Below the pieces are notes generated by a model that saw only the letters and a list, made by a program, of their open reading frames with translations, made no database searches and had not been told where the DNA came from. DNA of 60,442 nucleotides, from contig WARW01000001.1 of the NCBI GenBank assembly GCA_013387215.1, positions 185,301 through 245,742 of the forward strand, given 5' to 3'. Both the position numbers and the translations under genes were made by a program. The stretch's first letter is position 1; each line of letters opens with the position of its first letter. Origin of the DNA: Patescibacteria group bacterium. GTDB taxonomy: Bacteria; Patescibacteriota; Microgenomatia; UBA12405. Below, piece by piece: positions 43,170 through 52,001 of the stretch.

Positions 43170-44906
43170 TTGTTCAGGATTTACCTAACTTTCTATCGTT
43201 TCTTGTTTCGCTATAAGTGGCGGTTTTTAGCGTTTTGTATAACTTTAATTTTGCTCACAATTTTCCAAAGTATCCAGCCATATTTTTACAAATTATTTAT
43301 TGACACTATCCCTCAAGGGAATCCGCAGCTTCTTATTAGAATTCTTTTATTTTATATCGGGGTCAGATTTTTAGAACTTATTTTTGATGTTCTCACTAAT
43401 TGGTTAAGCGATAGTTTTGTTATTCCCGCTTCCCGTGATGCTCGGCAAACAGTTTTTAAAAAAATCCAGGAGCTTGATTTTGCTTTCCATTTATCAAAAA
43501 GCACCGGTTCTATAATTAGCGCGATAAAAAGAGGAGACAGTGCTTTTTTTAATTTTAATCACAGTATTAATGGCCAAATTTCCCGAATTTTTTTAAGCTT
43601 GATTATTACTCTATTGTTTTTTGCCAAACTCAATATTTGGATAGCCTTGGTTATGTGTGCTTCCTTTGCTCTAAATATTCTTATTGCTCAATTTTTAATC
43701 AGAAAAAACATCAAAGCCAGGTCTTCCTTCAATAACTCCGAAGATGATGTTTCCGACATGATTGTTGATAACTTAATTAATTTTGAAACTGTCAAACTTT
43801 TTGCCAAAGAAGAATTTGAACAAAATCGTTTGAAAGATAAATTCAAAACTTGGCTGCACACTTTTTGGTCATACGCCAACACTTTCAGAATAATGGATAT
43901 AGTTATTGGTACTACTGGCAATATCGGCTTATTTTTAATTTTATTATTTGGCATTAATCAGGTTATAAATCTAAAATTAAGTACAGGCGACTATGTTATG
44001 GTCTTAGGTTTTATCAGTGCTTTCTATCCTCGATTTTTTGAAATGGTATATGAATTCCGTAATTTGGTTAAACATCAAACTGACATCGAAAAATATTTTT
44101 CTATTCTCGATCAGGAAGCTATGGTTAAAGATCCAAATATTCCTTCTGATAAAACCAATATTCAGGGCGAAATTGAATTTAAAGATGTCTCCTTCTCTTA
44201 TCCTGAAGGCAAAAAAGGCGCTGTTAAAAATGTAAATTTAAAAATTAGAGCCGGTCAGTCGGTTGCTTTTGTTGGTCATTCAGGCGTTGGTAAAACAACT
44301 TTAATAAAACTTTTGATGCGTTTTTATGACCCATGTTCAGGCAATATTACTTTAGATGGGGTTAATATTAAGAATTTTAATAAAAGCCAGCTAAGGTCAT
44401 TTATGGGTGTTGTTCCTCAAGAACCGATTTTATTTAATAATACAATTGCCTACAATATCGCTTATGGCGCTAAAGATGTCACTCAACGGCAAATTAGAGC
44501 TGCTGCTAAAATGGCCAATTTACAGGACTTTATTGAATCATTACCACACAAATACAATACTCATGTAGGTGAGCGTGGAGTTAAACTTTCTGGTGGCCAA
44601 AAACAAAGACTTGCCATTGCCAGAATGATTTTGTCTAATCCCGACATAATTATTTTCGATGAAGCCACTTCTCAACTTGATTCTGAATCTGAAAAACAAA
44701 TTCAGGATGCTTTTTGGAAAGCCGCCAGAAATAAAACAACTTTAATCATTGCCCACCGTCTTTCTACTGTAACTCGTGCTGACAAAATTGTTGTCATGAG
44801 ACACGGCAGCATTCAGGAAGTGGGAACTCATGATGAGTTAGTTTCCAAAGACAATGGCATTTATTCTCATTTTTGGTCGCTTCAAACCCACAGTAAAGAA
44901 TCTTAG
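43170..44906 (+). CDS. ABC exporter, fused permease/ATPase (ABCB/MsbA-like)
   Basis: Six-TM domain, Walker A GHSGVGKTT, signature LSGGQKQRLAIAR and Walker B IIIFDEATS. TTG start. Confidence 0.9.
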   Translation: MFRIYLTFYRFLFRYKWRFLAFCITLILLTIFQSIQPYFYKLFIDTIPQGNPQLLIRILLFYIGVRFLELIFDVLTNWLSDSFVIPASRDARQTVFKKIQELDFAFHLSKSTGSIISAIKRGDSAFFNFNHSINGQISRIFLSLIITLLFFAKLNIWIALVMCASFALNILIAQFLIRKNIKARSSFNNSEDDVSDMIVDNLINFETVKLFAKEEFEQNRLKDKFKTWLHTFWSYANTFRIMDIVIGTTGNIGLFLILLFGINQVINLKLSTGDYVMVLGFISAFYPRFFEMVYEFRNLVKHQTDIEKYFSILDQEAMVKDPNIPSDKTNIQGEIEFKDVSFSYPEGKKGAVKNVNLKIRAGQSVAFVGHSGVGKTTLIKLLMRFYDPCSGNITLDGVNIKNFNKSQLRSFMGVVPQEPILFNNTIAYNIAYGAKDVTQRQIRAAAKMANLQDFIESLPHKYNTHVGERGVKLSGGQKQRLAIARMILSNPDIIIFDEATSQLDSESEKQIQDAFWKAARNKTTLIIAHRLSTVTRADKIVVMRHGSIQEVGTHDELVSKDNGIYSHFWSLQTHSKES

Positions 44907-46036
44907 TATCGTATTTGAGCCGCAATTTCGGAAAAATTTATCCGTTCGTTTTTATTAAAAATAATTATCTCGCCATCGCTTGAGAGTACGCTTTTAAACA
45001 GCCAAGGCACTACATTACTTGCTAATTTTGCTTCTCTAATTGGATTCATATATATATCGCTGCTGTTTAAAACATACCCTTTTATTTTTGTTCTGTTTTT
45101 AATGAACAATTTTTTTATTTTATATACATTTGCTGCCTCAACAACCCTTTCCCAGCCTTCAATATAATTTGTATACATACTTTTTGCTTTGTTTAAGCTT
45201 TGTCGTTTATCGATTCTATTTTTTGAGTTTATTTCCTTGGCTACTACTTCCTTTAATTCATCATCAGTTTTTATATTTTTATTTATTAAAAGCATTTCTT
45301 TTGAATGAGAATGAATTTGTTGAATTGTTGCAGAAAAACTATCAATTAGATCAGTAAAATTGGAGGAGTACACAATTGTAAAATAATCATAACCATTTTT
45401 GACTTCTCTTTCATCCAATTTAATTACTCGGGTCACTTCGTTTAAAAGACCTCTGGCGGTTTCTATTTTATCCTGATTAATCCTTGTTTCGCCATTAACA
45501 CTCGTTTCCTTGCCTCTATCTTCTGCTAATGGATTTTCAATTCGTTTAATCAAATGTATTTGATTATTTTTATATCCATAAATTTTTGCCTCATCTTGAT
45601 TTAAATTTAAAATTATTGAACACATTGAAGACTGGTTGTCCCAAATTAGCTGATCCAAATTGAATATTTTTCCGCAATTTAAGCTTTGCTCTGGTGTTGA
45701 TAATATCGTTTCAATCCAAAGATCCTCATCGCTCATTTTTGCAGTTCCGTTTTGGTTCTTAATTTTGGCAAATATGGCCAAACCATTTTTATAATTTTTA
45801 ATTACATTTACTTGAGATTCCACTTTTGCAAAAACATCATTCTTCAATATCTCCTTTTTTAAGAATATCGATTTAACTCTTTTTTTTATCTCTCCTATAT
45901 TTAACCTATCTGTCGGCAAATATACCGATAATAAATATTCATTTTTTGATAGATTTTCGCTTTCTATTTTTATTAATTTTTTAAATAAATCCATATTTTG
46001 ATTAATTTTTAACTGAATATTCTTTTGAAAATCCAT
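44903..46036 (-). CDS. eRF1/Pelota-like (bacterial baeRF-type) protein, no GGQ
   Basis: The N-terminal LSVYLPTD, the central GLAIFA, and the C-terminal VEAANVYKIKKLFI ... SSDGEIIIF ... IAAQIRY resemble the eRF1/Pelota domain-3 ending (GGIAAILRY). This is from memory, without an alignment. The start is 46036 or 45994. Confidence 0.5.
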   Translation of the reverse strand: MDFQKNIQLKINQNMDLFKKLIKIESENLSKNEYLLSVYLPTDRLNIGEIKKRVKSIFLKKEILKNDVFAKVESQVNVIKNYKNGLAIFAKIKNQNGTAKMSDEDLWIETILSTPEQSLNCGKIFNLDQLIWDNQSSMCSIILNLNQDEAKIYGYKNNQIHLIKRIENPLAEDRGKETSVNGETRINQDKIETARGLLNEVTRVIKLDEREVKNGYDYFTIVYSSNFTDLIDSFSATIQQIHSHSKEMLLINKNIKTDDELKEVVAKEINSKNRIDKRQSLNKAKSMYTNYIEGWERVVEAANVYKIKKLFIKNRTKIKGYVLNSSDIYMNPIREAKLASNVVPWLFKSVLSSDGEIIIFNKNERINFSEIAAQIRY

Positions 46037-46239
46037 CTTAATGGATAGGCGAATATGGAAGCTGTTGGAGTAAATCTCATAAAGTTTCTGAATACTTCTC
46101 TCCTGATTTTCATTTCCTGTCTAAATCTTTTAATTCTTTTATTGATTGCTATTCCCAATATGATCAGCGCAATTATAAAAATAAAAGATATGATTATATA
46201 AATTATCCCTAATATATAAAATATATTTTGTATATTCAT
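46009..46239 (-). CDS. Small single-TM protein with basic amphipathic tail
   Basis: 76 aa, reading IFYILGIIYIIISFIFIIALIILGIAI and then KRIKRFRQEMKIRR. There is a 4-nt overlap with the upstream gene. Confidence 0.5.
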   Translation of the reverse strand: MNIQNIFYILGIIYIIISFIFIIALIILGIAINKRIKRFRQEMKIRREVFRNFMRFTPTASIFAYPLRWIFKRIFS

Positions 46240-46661
46240 TTTTCCAATTCATCTTTGATTTTTTCGTAATTTCTTTCCCAATAATCTTGCATTTTTTCTA
46301 TCATTTCATCAGGGAAAAATGATCTTTCTTGAATATCGCGAATAGTATCTTGGACTATTTTGAAATATTGCTTTTTATCTATATCCTCTATGTGCATGTC
46401 TAAATCCATTATTTTGTCTATTACTGCATTTTTTATATCTTGATAAAGTCTTCTTTCTTCGTTGCTAAACTGATGGAGTCTTTCTCTTATTGAATTCCTA
46501 TTCTCTCTCCACATATTTCTAAACTTTCGCCTGCGCCTTTCCATCATCATTCGCATTTTATCCTTATCTATAGGCATAAATGAACTTACAAGCACACCTG
46601 ATATTAATCCCACCAAAAATACTCCAACCAGACTTAGCGCATCGTTATTTCTGTTATTCAT
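46236..46661 (-). CDS. YtxH-like membrane-anchored helical protein
   Basis: N-terminal LVGVFLVGLISGVLVSS is a Gly-zipper TM like YtxH. The remainder is charged and helical. Confidence 0.55.
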   Translation of the reverse strand: MNNRNNDALSLVGVFLVGLISGVLVSSFMPIDKDKMRMMMERRRRKFRNMWRENRNSIRERLHQFSNEERRLYQDIKNAVIDKIMDLDMHIEDIDKKQYFKIVQDTIRDIQERSFFPDEMIEKMQDYWERNYEKIKDELEK

Positions 46662-46739
46662 TATAATGACACTTTATCTTTAGAGTTTATAATCCATATA
46701 AGGTATTCGTAATAAAAAAGTAAAAAACTATTTATTCTC

Positions 46740-46767
46740 TTGACTTCGGGTTTTATTCGGGTATAAA
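46740..46767 (+). promoter_or_regulatory. Sigma70-type promoter with TTCGGGT direct repeat in the spacer
   Basis: TTGACT (46740-45), a 16-nt spacer and TATAAA (46762-67), with ATG 46775 7 nt downstream. TTCGGGT occurs at 46745-51 and 46756-62, 11 nt apart. Confidence 0.6.
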
Positions 46768-46774
46768 TTTATTA

Positions 46775-47035
46775 ATGATCCAACAGATTTGCGCTCCTGT
46801 TTCCGTTATCTTTTCTTTCAATCATCAGACTCGTGTAATTAAGCCGGAAAAAATTATTTGGGATAGTAAAATCTATTTCATTTCCAAAGTTGGATTTCAT
46901 CATAGTTTTCGGCAGGGGAGCACTCGTTTTCATATTTTTTCTGTTGTCAGTAACAATTTGTTTTTTCGCTTAAGCCTAAACACCGATACTCTTTTTTGGA
47001 ATTTGGAGGAAATCTCAGATGGGCTCCCAGATTGA
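46775..47035 (+). CDS. Small hypothetical protein upstream of and overlapping the Y-family polymerase gene
   Basis: 86-aa ORF that begins at the predicted transcription start and overlaps the polymerase ORF by 17 nt. The composition looks beta-rich (KIIWDSKIYFISKVGFHH...HIFSVVSNNLFFRLSL). No family is recognised. Confidence 0.45.
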   Translation: MIQQICAPVSVIFSFNHQTRVIKPEKIIWDSKIYFISKVGFHHSFRQGSTRFHIFSVVSNNLFFRLSLNTDTLFWNLEEISDGLPD

Positions 47036-48281
47036 ACTGCCTTTTAATTCCAAGCCGTCAACAATCATGCATATCGATCTTAATTCTTGTTTTGCCTCAA
47101 TCGAACAGCAGGCCAATCCTTTATTAAGAAACAAACCCATTGTTGTCGCAGCCTACAATTCGCCTTCTGGCTGTATATTGGCCCCCTCAGTCGAAGCCAA
47201 ACTTTTAGGCATAAAAGTTGGCATGCGCGTCAAAGATGGCAAACTGCTTTGTCCTAACCTGATTGTTAGAGGTCCTGACCCTTGGAAATATCGAACCGTT
47301 CATTTGGCTTTAAAAAAAATTTTGCTTGAATACACAAACAAGTTAGCTCCTAAATCAATTGATGAATTCGTTCTAAATTTTGAAGGCTTTCCTTCATTTT
47401 CTCGTGGTCTTACTTTAGTTGCTCAGGAAATCAAAACCAGAATTAAAAATGAAATTGGGGACTGGTTGACGGTTTCAATCGGGATTGGTCCTAATCGCTT
47501 TTTGGCGAAAATGGGGTCGAACTTAAAAAAGCCCGATGGTCTGGAAGAAATTAACTACAAAAATTTTTTGGATGTTTATCAAAAGCTGACTTTGGTTAAA
47601 TTGCATGGTATTGATAAAAGTTATACTGCCCGCCTTAATTTATCCCAAATTTACACAGTCATGGATTTTTATAATGCCACTCCTTCTCAACTAAAATCTG
47701 CTTTTCAATCAATTCAATGGTTTTATTGGTATCTTCGTTTGCGTGGTTGGGAAATTGATGATGTTGAATTTGGTCGTAAGAGTTTTGGCAACATGTATTC
47801 TTTGCCTAAAGCCTTGGTTGCAGTTGAAGAACTATCACCTATTCTTCACAAATTAGTTCAGAAAATGAGCTATCGGCTTCGTCTCAATGGTTATTGTTGT
47901 AAAGGTGTTCATCTTGCTATCTTATATCGTGATCATAGCTTTTGGCATAAAGGAGTTTCATTAAAAAATCCTCTTTTTGACTCTCAAGACATTTATCGCC
48001 TGGCAGTAAAAATAATGTCAGCCTCTCCCTACCAAAAATCAGTCGCTAATATTTCTGTCTCCTGTTTTAATTTAAGTAAAAACAATACTCTTCAGCTAGA
48101 TTTATTTGATAACTTGATTAAAAAAGAGAGTCTAGTAAGCACAATCGATTCCATTAATGAAAAATGGGGTGACTTTGTCATTACTCCGGGGAAAATGTTG
48201 GGAACCAAAGATTTAATTCCTGATCGTATTGCCTTTGGCAACATTAAAGAATTGGAAAACTTTATTATTCAAAATAATTAA
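47019..48281 (+). CDS. dinB: Y-family DNA polymerase (DinB/UmuC-like translesion polymerase)
   Basis: MHIDLNSCFASIEQ contains the catalytic Asp motif, and SIDEF and GIGPNRFLAKM are present. GGAGGA SD (47005-47010) lies 8 nt upstream. Confidence 0.88.
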   Translation: MGSQIELPFNSKPSTIMHIDLNSCFASIEQQANPLLRNKPIVVAAYNSPSGCILAPSVEAKLLGIKVGMRVKDGKLLCPNLIVRGPDPWKYRTVHLALKKILLEYTNKLAPKSIDEFVLNFEGFPSFSRGLTLVAQEIKTRIKNEIGDWLTVSIGIGPNRFLAKMGSNLKKPDGLEEINYKNFLDVYQKLTLVKLHGIDKSYTARLNLSQIYTVMDFYNATPSQLKSAFQSIQWFYWYLRLRGWEIDDVEFGRKSFGNMYSLPKALVAVEELSPILHKLVQKMSYRLRLNGYCCKGVHLAILYRDHSFWHKGVSLKNPLFDSQDIYRLAVKIMSASPYQKSVANISVSCFNLSKNNTLQLDLFDNLIKKESLVSTIDSINEKWGDFVITPGKMLGTKDLIPDRIAFGNIKELENFIIQNN

Positions 48282-48375
48282 CATATCTTACTAGCTTATT
48301 ACTCCATTTCCAACTTAATTTTATTTAATTTATCAATAATTATTAATTAATTATTTATTTATAAGGAGTTTTAAC

Positions 48376-48588
48376 ATGGCTGATAATCAAAACAATAATG
48401 ATATGGTTAATCCTATTCAAATTCAAAAATTTCTCAGCGTTGACTATCCAGTTGATAAACAAACTTTAATCGAGACAGCTAAATCTAATGGAGCTGATGA
48501 AAAAATAATATCTACTTTGGAAAAAATACCCGAACGTACTTATAATGGTCCCAATGCCGTATCTGAGGAAATTGGTAAATTGATGTAG
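48376..48588 (+). CDS. DUF2795 domain protein
   Basis: NPIQIQKFLSVDYPVDKQTLIETAKSNGADEKIISTLEKIPERTYNGPNAVSEEIG follows the DUF2795 pattern. AAGGAG SD (48363-48368). Confidence 0.75.
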   Translation: MADNQNNNDMVNPIQIQKFLSVDYPVDKQTLIETAKSNGADEKIISTLEKIPERTYNGPNAVSEEIGKLM

Positions 48589-48648
48589 TTTAAAAAAAAG
48601 GAATATTGACCTTTCAGAAAAAATAAATTAAGATCGAATATTCCCTTT

Positions 48649-49257
48649 ATGATTACCGAAGTATTTTTCGACATCGAAACAAAAAAGTTGTTTCAAGACA
48701 TTCAAACCTCAAACCCAGCGGATTTAGGCGTTTCTATTGTTTCCGTTTATAAGCGCCAATTGGATGAGAATTTAAACGAAATTAATGGTGAAATGATTAG
48801 CTTTTGGGAATCGGATTTCTCAAAAATGTGGCCCGTATTTTCCAATGTTGATCGGATTGTCGGTTTTAATTCTTTGGGTTTCGACGTTCCCGCTTTAATT
48901 CCACTTTGTCCCTACAATTTTAAAAAATTAACCCATTTCGATATTATGGACAAAGTTAAATCTTCACTCGGATTTCGTCTCAGCCTCGACGCTTTAGCCA
49001 AAGAAACTATTGGCCACAGCAAAATTGATATTGGCACCAATGCTGTTGTTTATTGGAATCAGGCCACCGAAGAAAGTCTTGCTAAATTGAAAAAATATTG
49101 TGAAATGGACGTTTTGGTTACTCGTGATGTTTATGATTATGGCCTTAAGTTTGGCCATTTAAAATACAAAGATAAATGGAACACTCCTCGTATAGTGGAA
49201 ATTGATTTTTCCTATCCCAAAAAAGACACTAAAAACGATCAAATGGGTTTATTTTAA
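48649..49257 (+). CDS. RNase H-fold DEDD-type 3'-5' exonuclease-like protein
   Basis: FFDIET (Exo I), GFNSLGFDVP (Exo II) and CEMDVLVTRDVY (Exo III-like). Confidence 0.7.
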   Translation: MITEVFFDIETKKLFQDIQTSNPADLGVSIVSVYKRQLDENLNEINGEMISFWESDFSKMWPVFSNVDRIVGFNSLGFDVPALIPLCPYNFKKLTHFDIMDKVKSSLGFRLSLDALAKETIGHSKIDIGTNAVVYWNQATEESLAKLKKYCEMDVLVTRDVYDYGLKFGHLKYKDKWNTPRIVEIDFSYPKKDTKNDQMGLF

Positions 49258-49787
49258 CCGCCGTTAAATTCCACCTTTTTATAAAAATTCCAATTTTCAT
49301 TTACTTTCCGTCGGTACACCACTAAGTATTTTACTTTAAGTTCTAGTCTTATTTGCATGTCTTCCAATTGTTTTTTAATTTCTTCCATTCTTTCTAAAGG
49401 TGCTCTGTTGGCTACTGTTAAATGGGGGATAAATTCACCGCCTCTTTTTTTGGGAAGATGGGGAATAAGGCTGTGGATTGTATTGTAAATATCTTTAAAA
49501 TGTTCTGTTTTGTTCGGTGCAAAAAAAATAGTTCCATATTTTGATTGGCGGAAACTTCCCACTTCCTTAAATTCCACTTCAAAAGAAGTTTGATCTTTTC
49601 CCCAATCTCTAAGTTTGTTTAAAAGAGACATTTCATTTTCATAAAAAAATGGCGGAATAATCGTCACATGAGCCGGACTTTCCAGATTTCCATTTGCATG
49701 GAATTGTTTCTTTAAAATTGAAAAAAACTCATCTTCTTTCGACGGCAGACCCACACCGATAAAGTATTGAAAATTATTTTTACTCAC
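49254..49787 (-). CDS. 2H phosphoesterase (LigT / 2'-5' RNA ligase family)
   Basis: Two H-x-T/S-x motifs are present: AHVTI and PHLTV. GTG start. Confidence 0.75.
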   Translation of the reverse strand: MSKNNFQYFIGVGLPSKEDEFFSILKKQFHANGNLESPAHVTIIPPFFYENEMSLLNKLRDWGKDQTSFEVEFKEVGSFRQSKYGTIFFAPNKTEHFKDIYNTIHSLIPHLPKKRGGEFIPHLTVANRAPLERMEEIKKQLEDMQIRLELKVKYLVVYRRKVNENWNFYKKVEFNGG

Positions 49788-49837
49788 CTAAAAACTATTA
49801 TCTAAGAAAACCAAAAGAATTTCAAATCAACCGGTTC

Positions 49838-50188
49838 CTACCGCTCTTTTTCTATTTTTCGCCAATGATAAAAATAAATTGGGGTTCCAATCAGTATCAT
49901 CGATAAAGCGCCAGAAGCGTCTCTTTGTCTTTGTTTTTTTGTATTTTCAACATTATCCTTTCTGATTTTTTCTTCCTGCAACTTTGCTTCTTCAGTTGAG
50001 ATTTTAGACGCCAGATCAGGAGAGGCTACTTGAGCTGCTGAATACTCGTATACATCTGAATTTTTAAACACCAAAACTCTAAAAGCTAAATCAACTAATC
50101 TTACTGAACCAATAATTGCGACAATTAATCCCACTGCAGAAAATAAATATAAATAAGCCAAACGAAGATTTAATTTCATAAATATCAA
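49838..50188 (-). CDS. Small two-TM membrane protein
   Basis: Two hydrophobic helices flank a charged loop (EEAKLQEEKIRKDNVENTKKQRQRD). The likely start is ATG 50179. Confidence 0.55.
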   Translation of the reverse strand: MIFMKLNLRLAYLYLFSAVGLIVAIIGSVRLVDLAFRVLVFKNSDVYEYSAAQVASPDLASKISTEEAKLQEEKIRKDNVENTKKQRQRDASGALSMILIGTPIYFYHWRKIEKER

Positions 50189-50238
50189 TAAACAAATAAT
50201 ATCTTACTTTTTATAGTATAAACTTAACTATACAGCAA

Positions 50239-51996
50239 ATGATAAGTGCAAAATTTATTTCTAATGCCACCAAGTTTTTTATAATAGCTGGTTTATTTTG
50301 CTTAGTTATTTTTGGTTCCTTCTATTACTTGTATTTTAAAAAAATAGTAAATCTACCTTTTGATCTAACTATCCCGATAATAATTTTTTGTGTCGCTTCA
50401 ATAGTTTTTTTGGTATTAGGTTTTTTAAATGTCATTTTTAATTATTTATCTTTCAAAAATAATTATGAAGAAAAAACCTCAATTGGAATTTTTCTCGGAC
50501 TAGAAACGTGTTTGATTGCGTTATTCTTACCAATCTATTTATTTTTTAAAGCCATTAATCCTTTCAGTTTTTACAGAAATCTTAAAAGCGATTCTTTCTT
50601 TAAAATATTTTTTAAAAGACTGGGATTACTTTTATTTGCTATTTTTACCATTCCTGTTTGGGCGGGATTTTATTATTTGATTAGCGTTGGAGTTACTCGT
50701 CAATTGAATTATTATGTGGAGCCAGTCCCCATTTCTGGCACTGGCTCCATGTACCCCACTTTTCCTAAAGGCGAATCAAAAACACCCCAAGAACAGGCCA
50801 AAGAAACAGTTGGCACTCCTGGTATGATGCCGTATCCTAATGGTCTTTATTTTAGGGGCAAAAGATATTTTGATTACAAGATTAGTCATGGCGACATTGT
50901 TGTTTTTGAAAACAATAAAACCAAAGAAATCACCCAGGAAATGTATGGTGAAGCATCGGGTTTTGTTAAGAGGGTTATTGCATTGCCGGGGGACACAATA
51001 GAAATTAGAGATGGCCAAGTAATTCTTAATAATGTGCCTTTAATGGAACCATATATTGCCCATTCTCGTTCTACCTTTGGTGGTGAAACTTTGTCGGATT
51101 GTAAGATTTTAAAAATACCTGAAGACAAGATTTTTGTGATGGGGGACAACCGGGTTGCCAGTGGTGATTCACGCTATGAATTAGGCTTAATTAGTTTTGA
51201 AGACATTAACCACGTATTACCTTTTGAAAAACAGAAAGGTGTTTTGGATAAAAATTGGCGCGATACCAGTAACGACCTAAACGATAGCGCTAAAATTCAA
51301 CTTAATAAAGAGGATTATTTAAAATCACTTAACCAAAAACGGCTGGAAGCCAAACTCCAGCCTTTAAAATCCAATTCTAAACTTGATAATTCCGCTCAAT
51401 TACGAGCCCAAAATATTTTAAAATTTAATGATTTTTCCTTTGAAGCAACTCGAAGCGGTTTTACTACTAAAAAAGCTATGGATGAATCTGGATATACCAA
51501 TATTATTTGGGGAGAGGCACCGACCAATGGCTATTATGACGCTCAAGAACTTCTCGACAATTACTTTGAATTTGCTGGTTCAAAAAAATTTATGTTGAAC
51601 AAAGATTATCAGGATATTGGTATAGGGGAGGCTGAAGGTTTAATTAACGGTTGTCCTGCCAAAGTCATTGTTCAGCATTTTGGTGGCTATATTCCTCCAA
51701 ACTATAAAAAGGATGAAATTCAAGGTTGGCAGGATATTTTAAATAATCTAAAACAAATTCAGCCAGGCTGGCAGTCTCTAAAAAATTATGCCCAGTTTTA
51801 CGATAAAAACAAAAATGATATCGATCGTCTTAACGATCTTATCGCACAAAGAATTTCAAATGTTTCTAAAATAGTTAATGACATGCAGGCCAATCATTGG
51901 TTAAGCAAAGAAGAAGTGGCTTACACCTATAAAGACGATGATCTTTATAATGAACAACAAAGTATTGCTCAAAAACTAAACAGCCAACGACAATAA
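50239..51996 (+). CDS. lepB: Signal peptidase I fused to a polytopic N-terminal domain and a C-terminal CAP/SCP-like domain
   Basis: S26 boxes are GTGSMYPTF (Ser), VKRVIALPGDTIE (Lys) and GDNRVASGDSRY. About 5 TM helices precede them. The C-terminus follows a YkwD/CAP-like pattern (LNQKRLEAKLQPL...NIIWGEA...YQDIGIG). Confidence 0.8.
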   Translation: MISAKFISNATKFFIIAGLFCLVIFGSFYYLYFKKIVNLPFDLTIPIIIFCVASIVFLVLGFLNVIFNYLSFKNNYEEKTSIGIFLGLETCLIALFLPIYLFFKAINPFSFYRNLKSDSFFKIFFKRLGLLLFAIFTIPVWAGFYYLISVGVTRQLNYYVEPVPISGTGSMYPTFPKGESKTPQEQAKETVGTPGMMPYPNGLYFRGKRYFDYKISHGDIVVFENNKTKEITQEMYGEASGFVKRVIALPGDTIEIRDGQVILNNVPLMEPYIAHSRSTFGGETLSDCKILKIPEDKIFVMGDNRVASGDSRYELGLISFEDINHVLPFEKQKGVLDKNWRDTSNDLNDSAKIQLNKEDYLKSLNQKRLEAKLQPLKSNSKLDNSAQLRAQNILKFNDFSFEATRSGFTTKKAMDESGYTNIIWGEAPTNGYYDAQELLDNYFEFAGSKKFMLNKDYQDIGIGEAEGLINGCPAKVIVQHFGGYIPPNYKKDEIQGWQDILNNLKQIQPGWQSLKNYAQFYDKNKNDIDRLNDLIAQRISNVSKIVNDMQANHWLSKEEVAYTYKDDDLYNEQQSIAQKLNSQRQ

Positions 51997-52001
51997 ACTG
52001 A

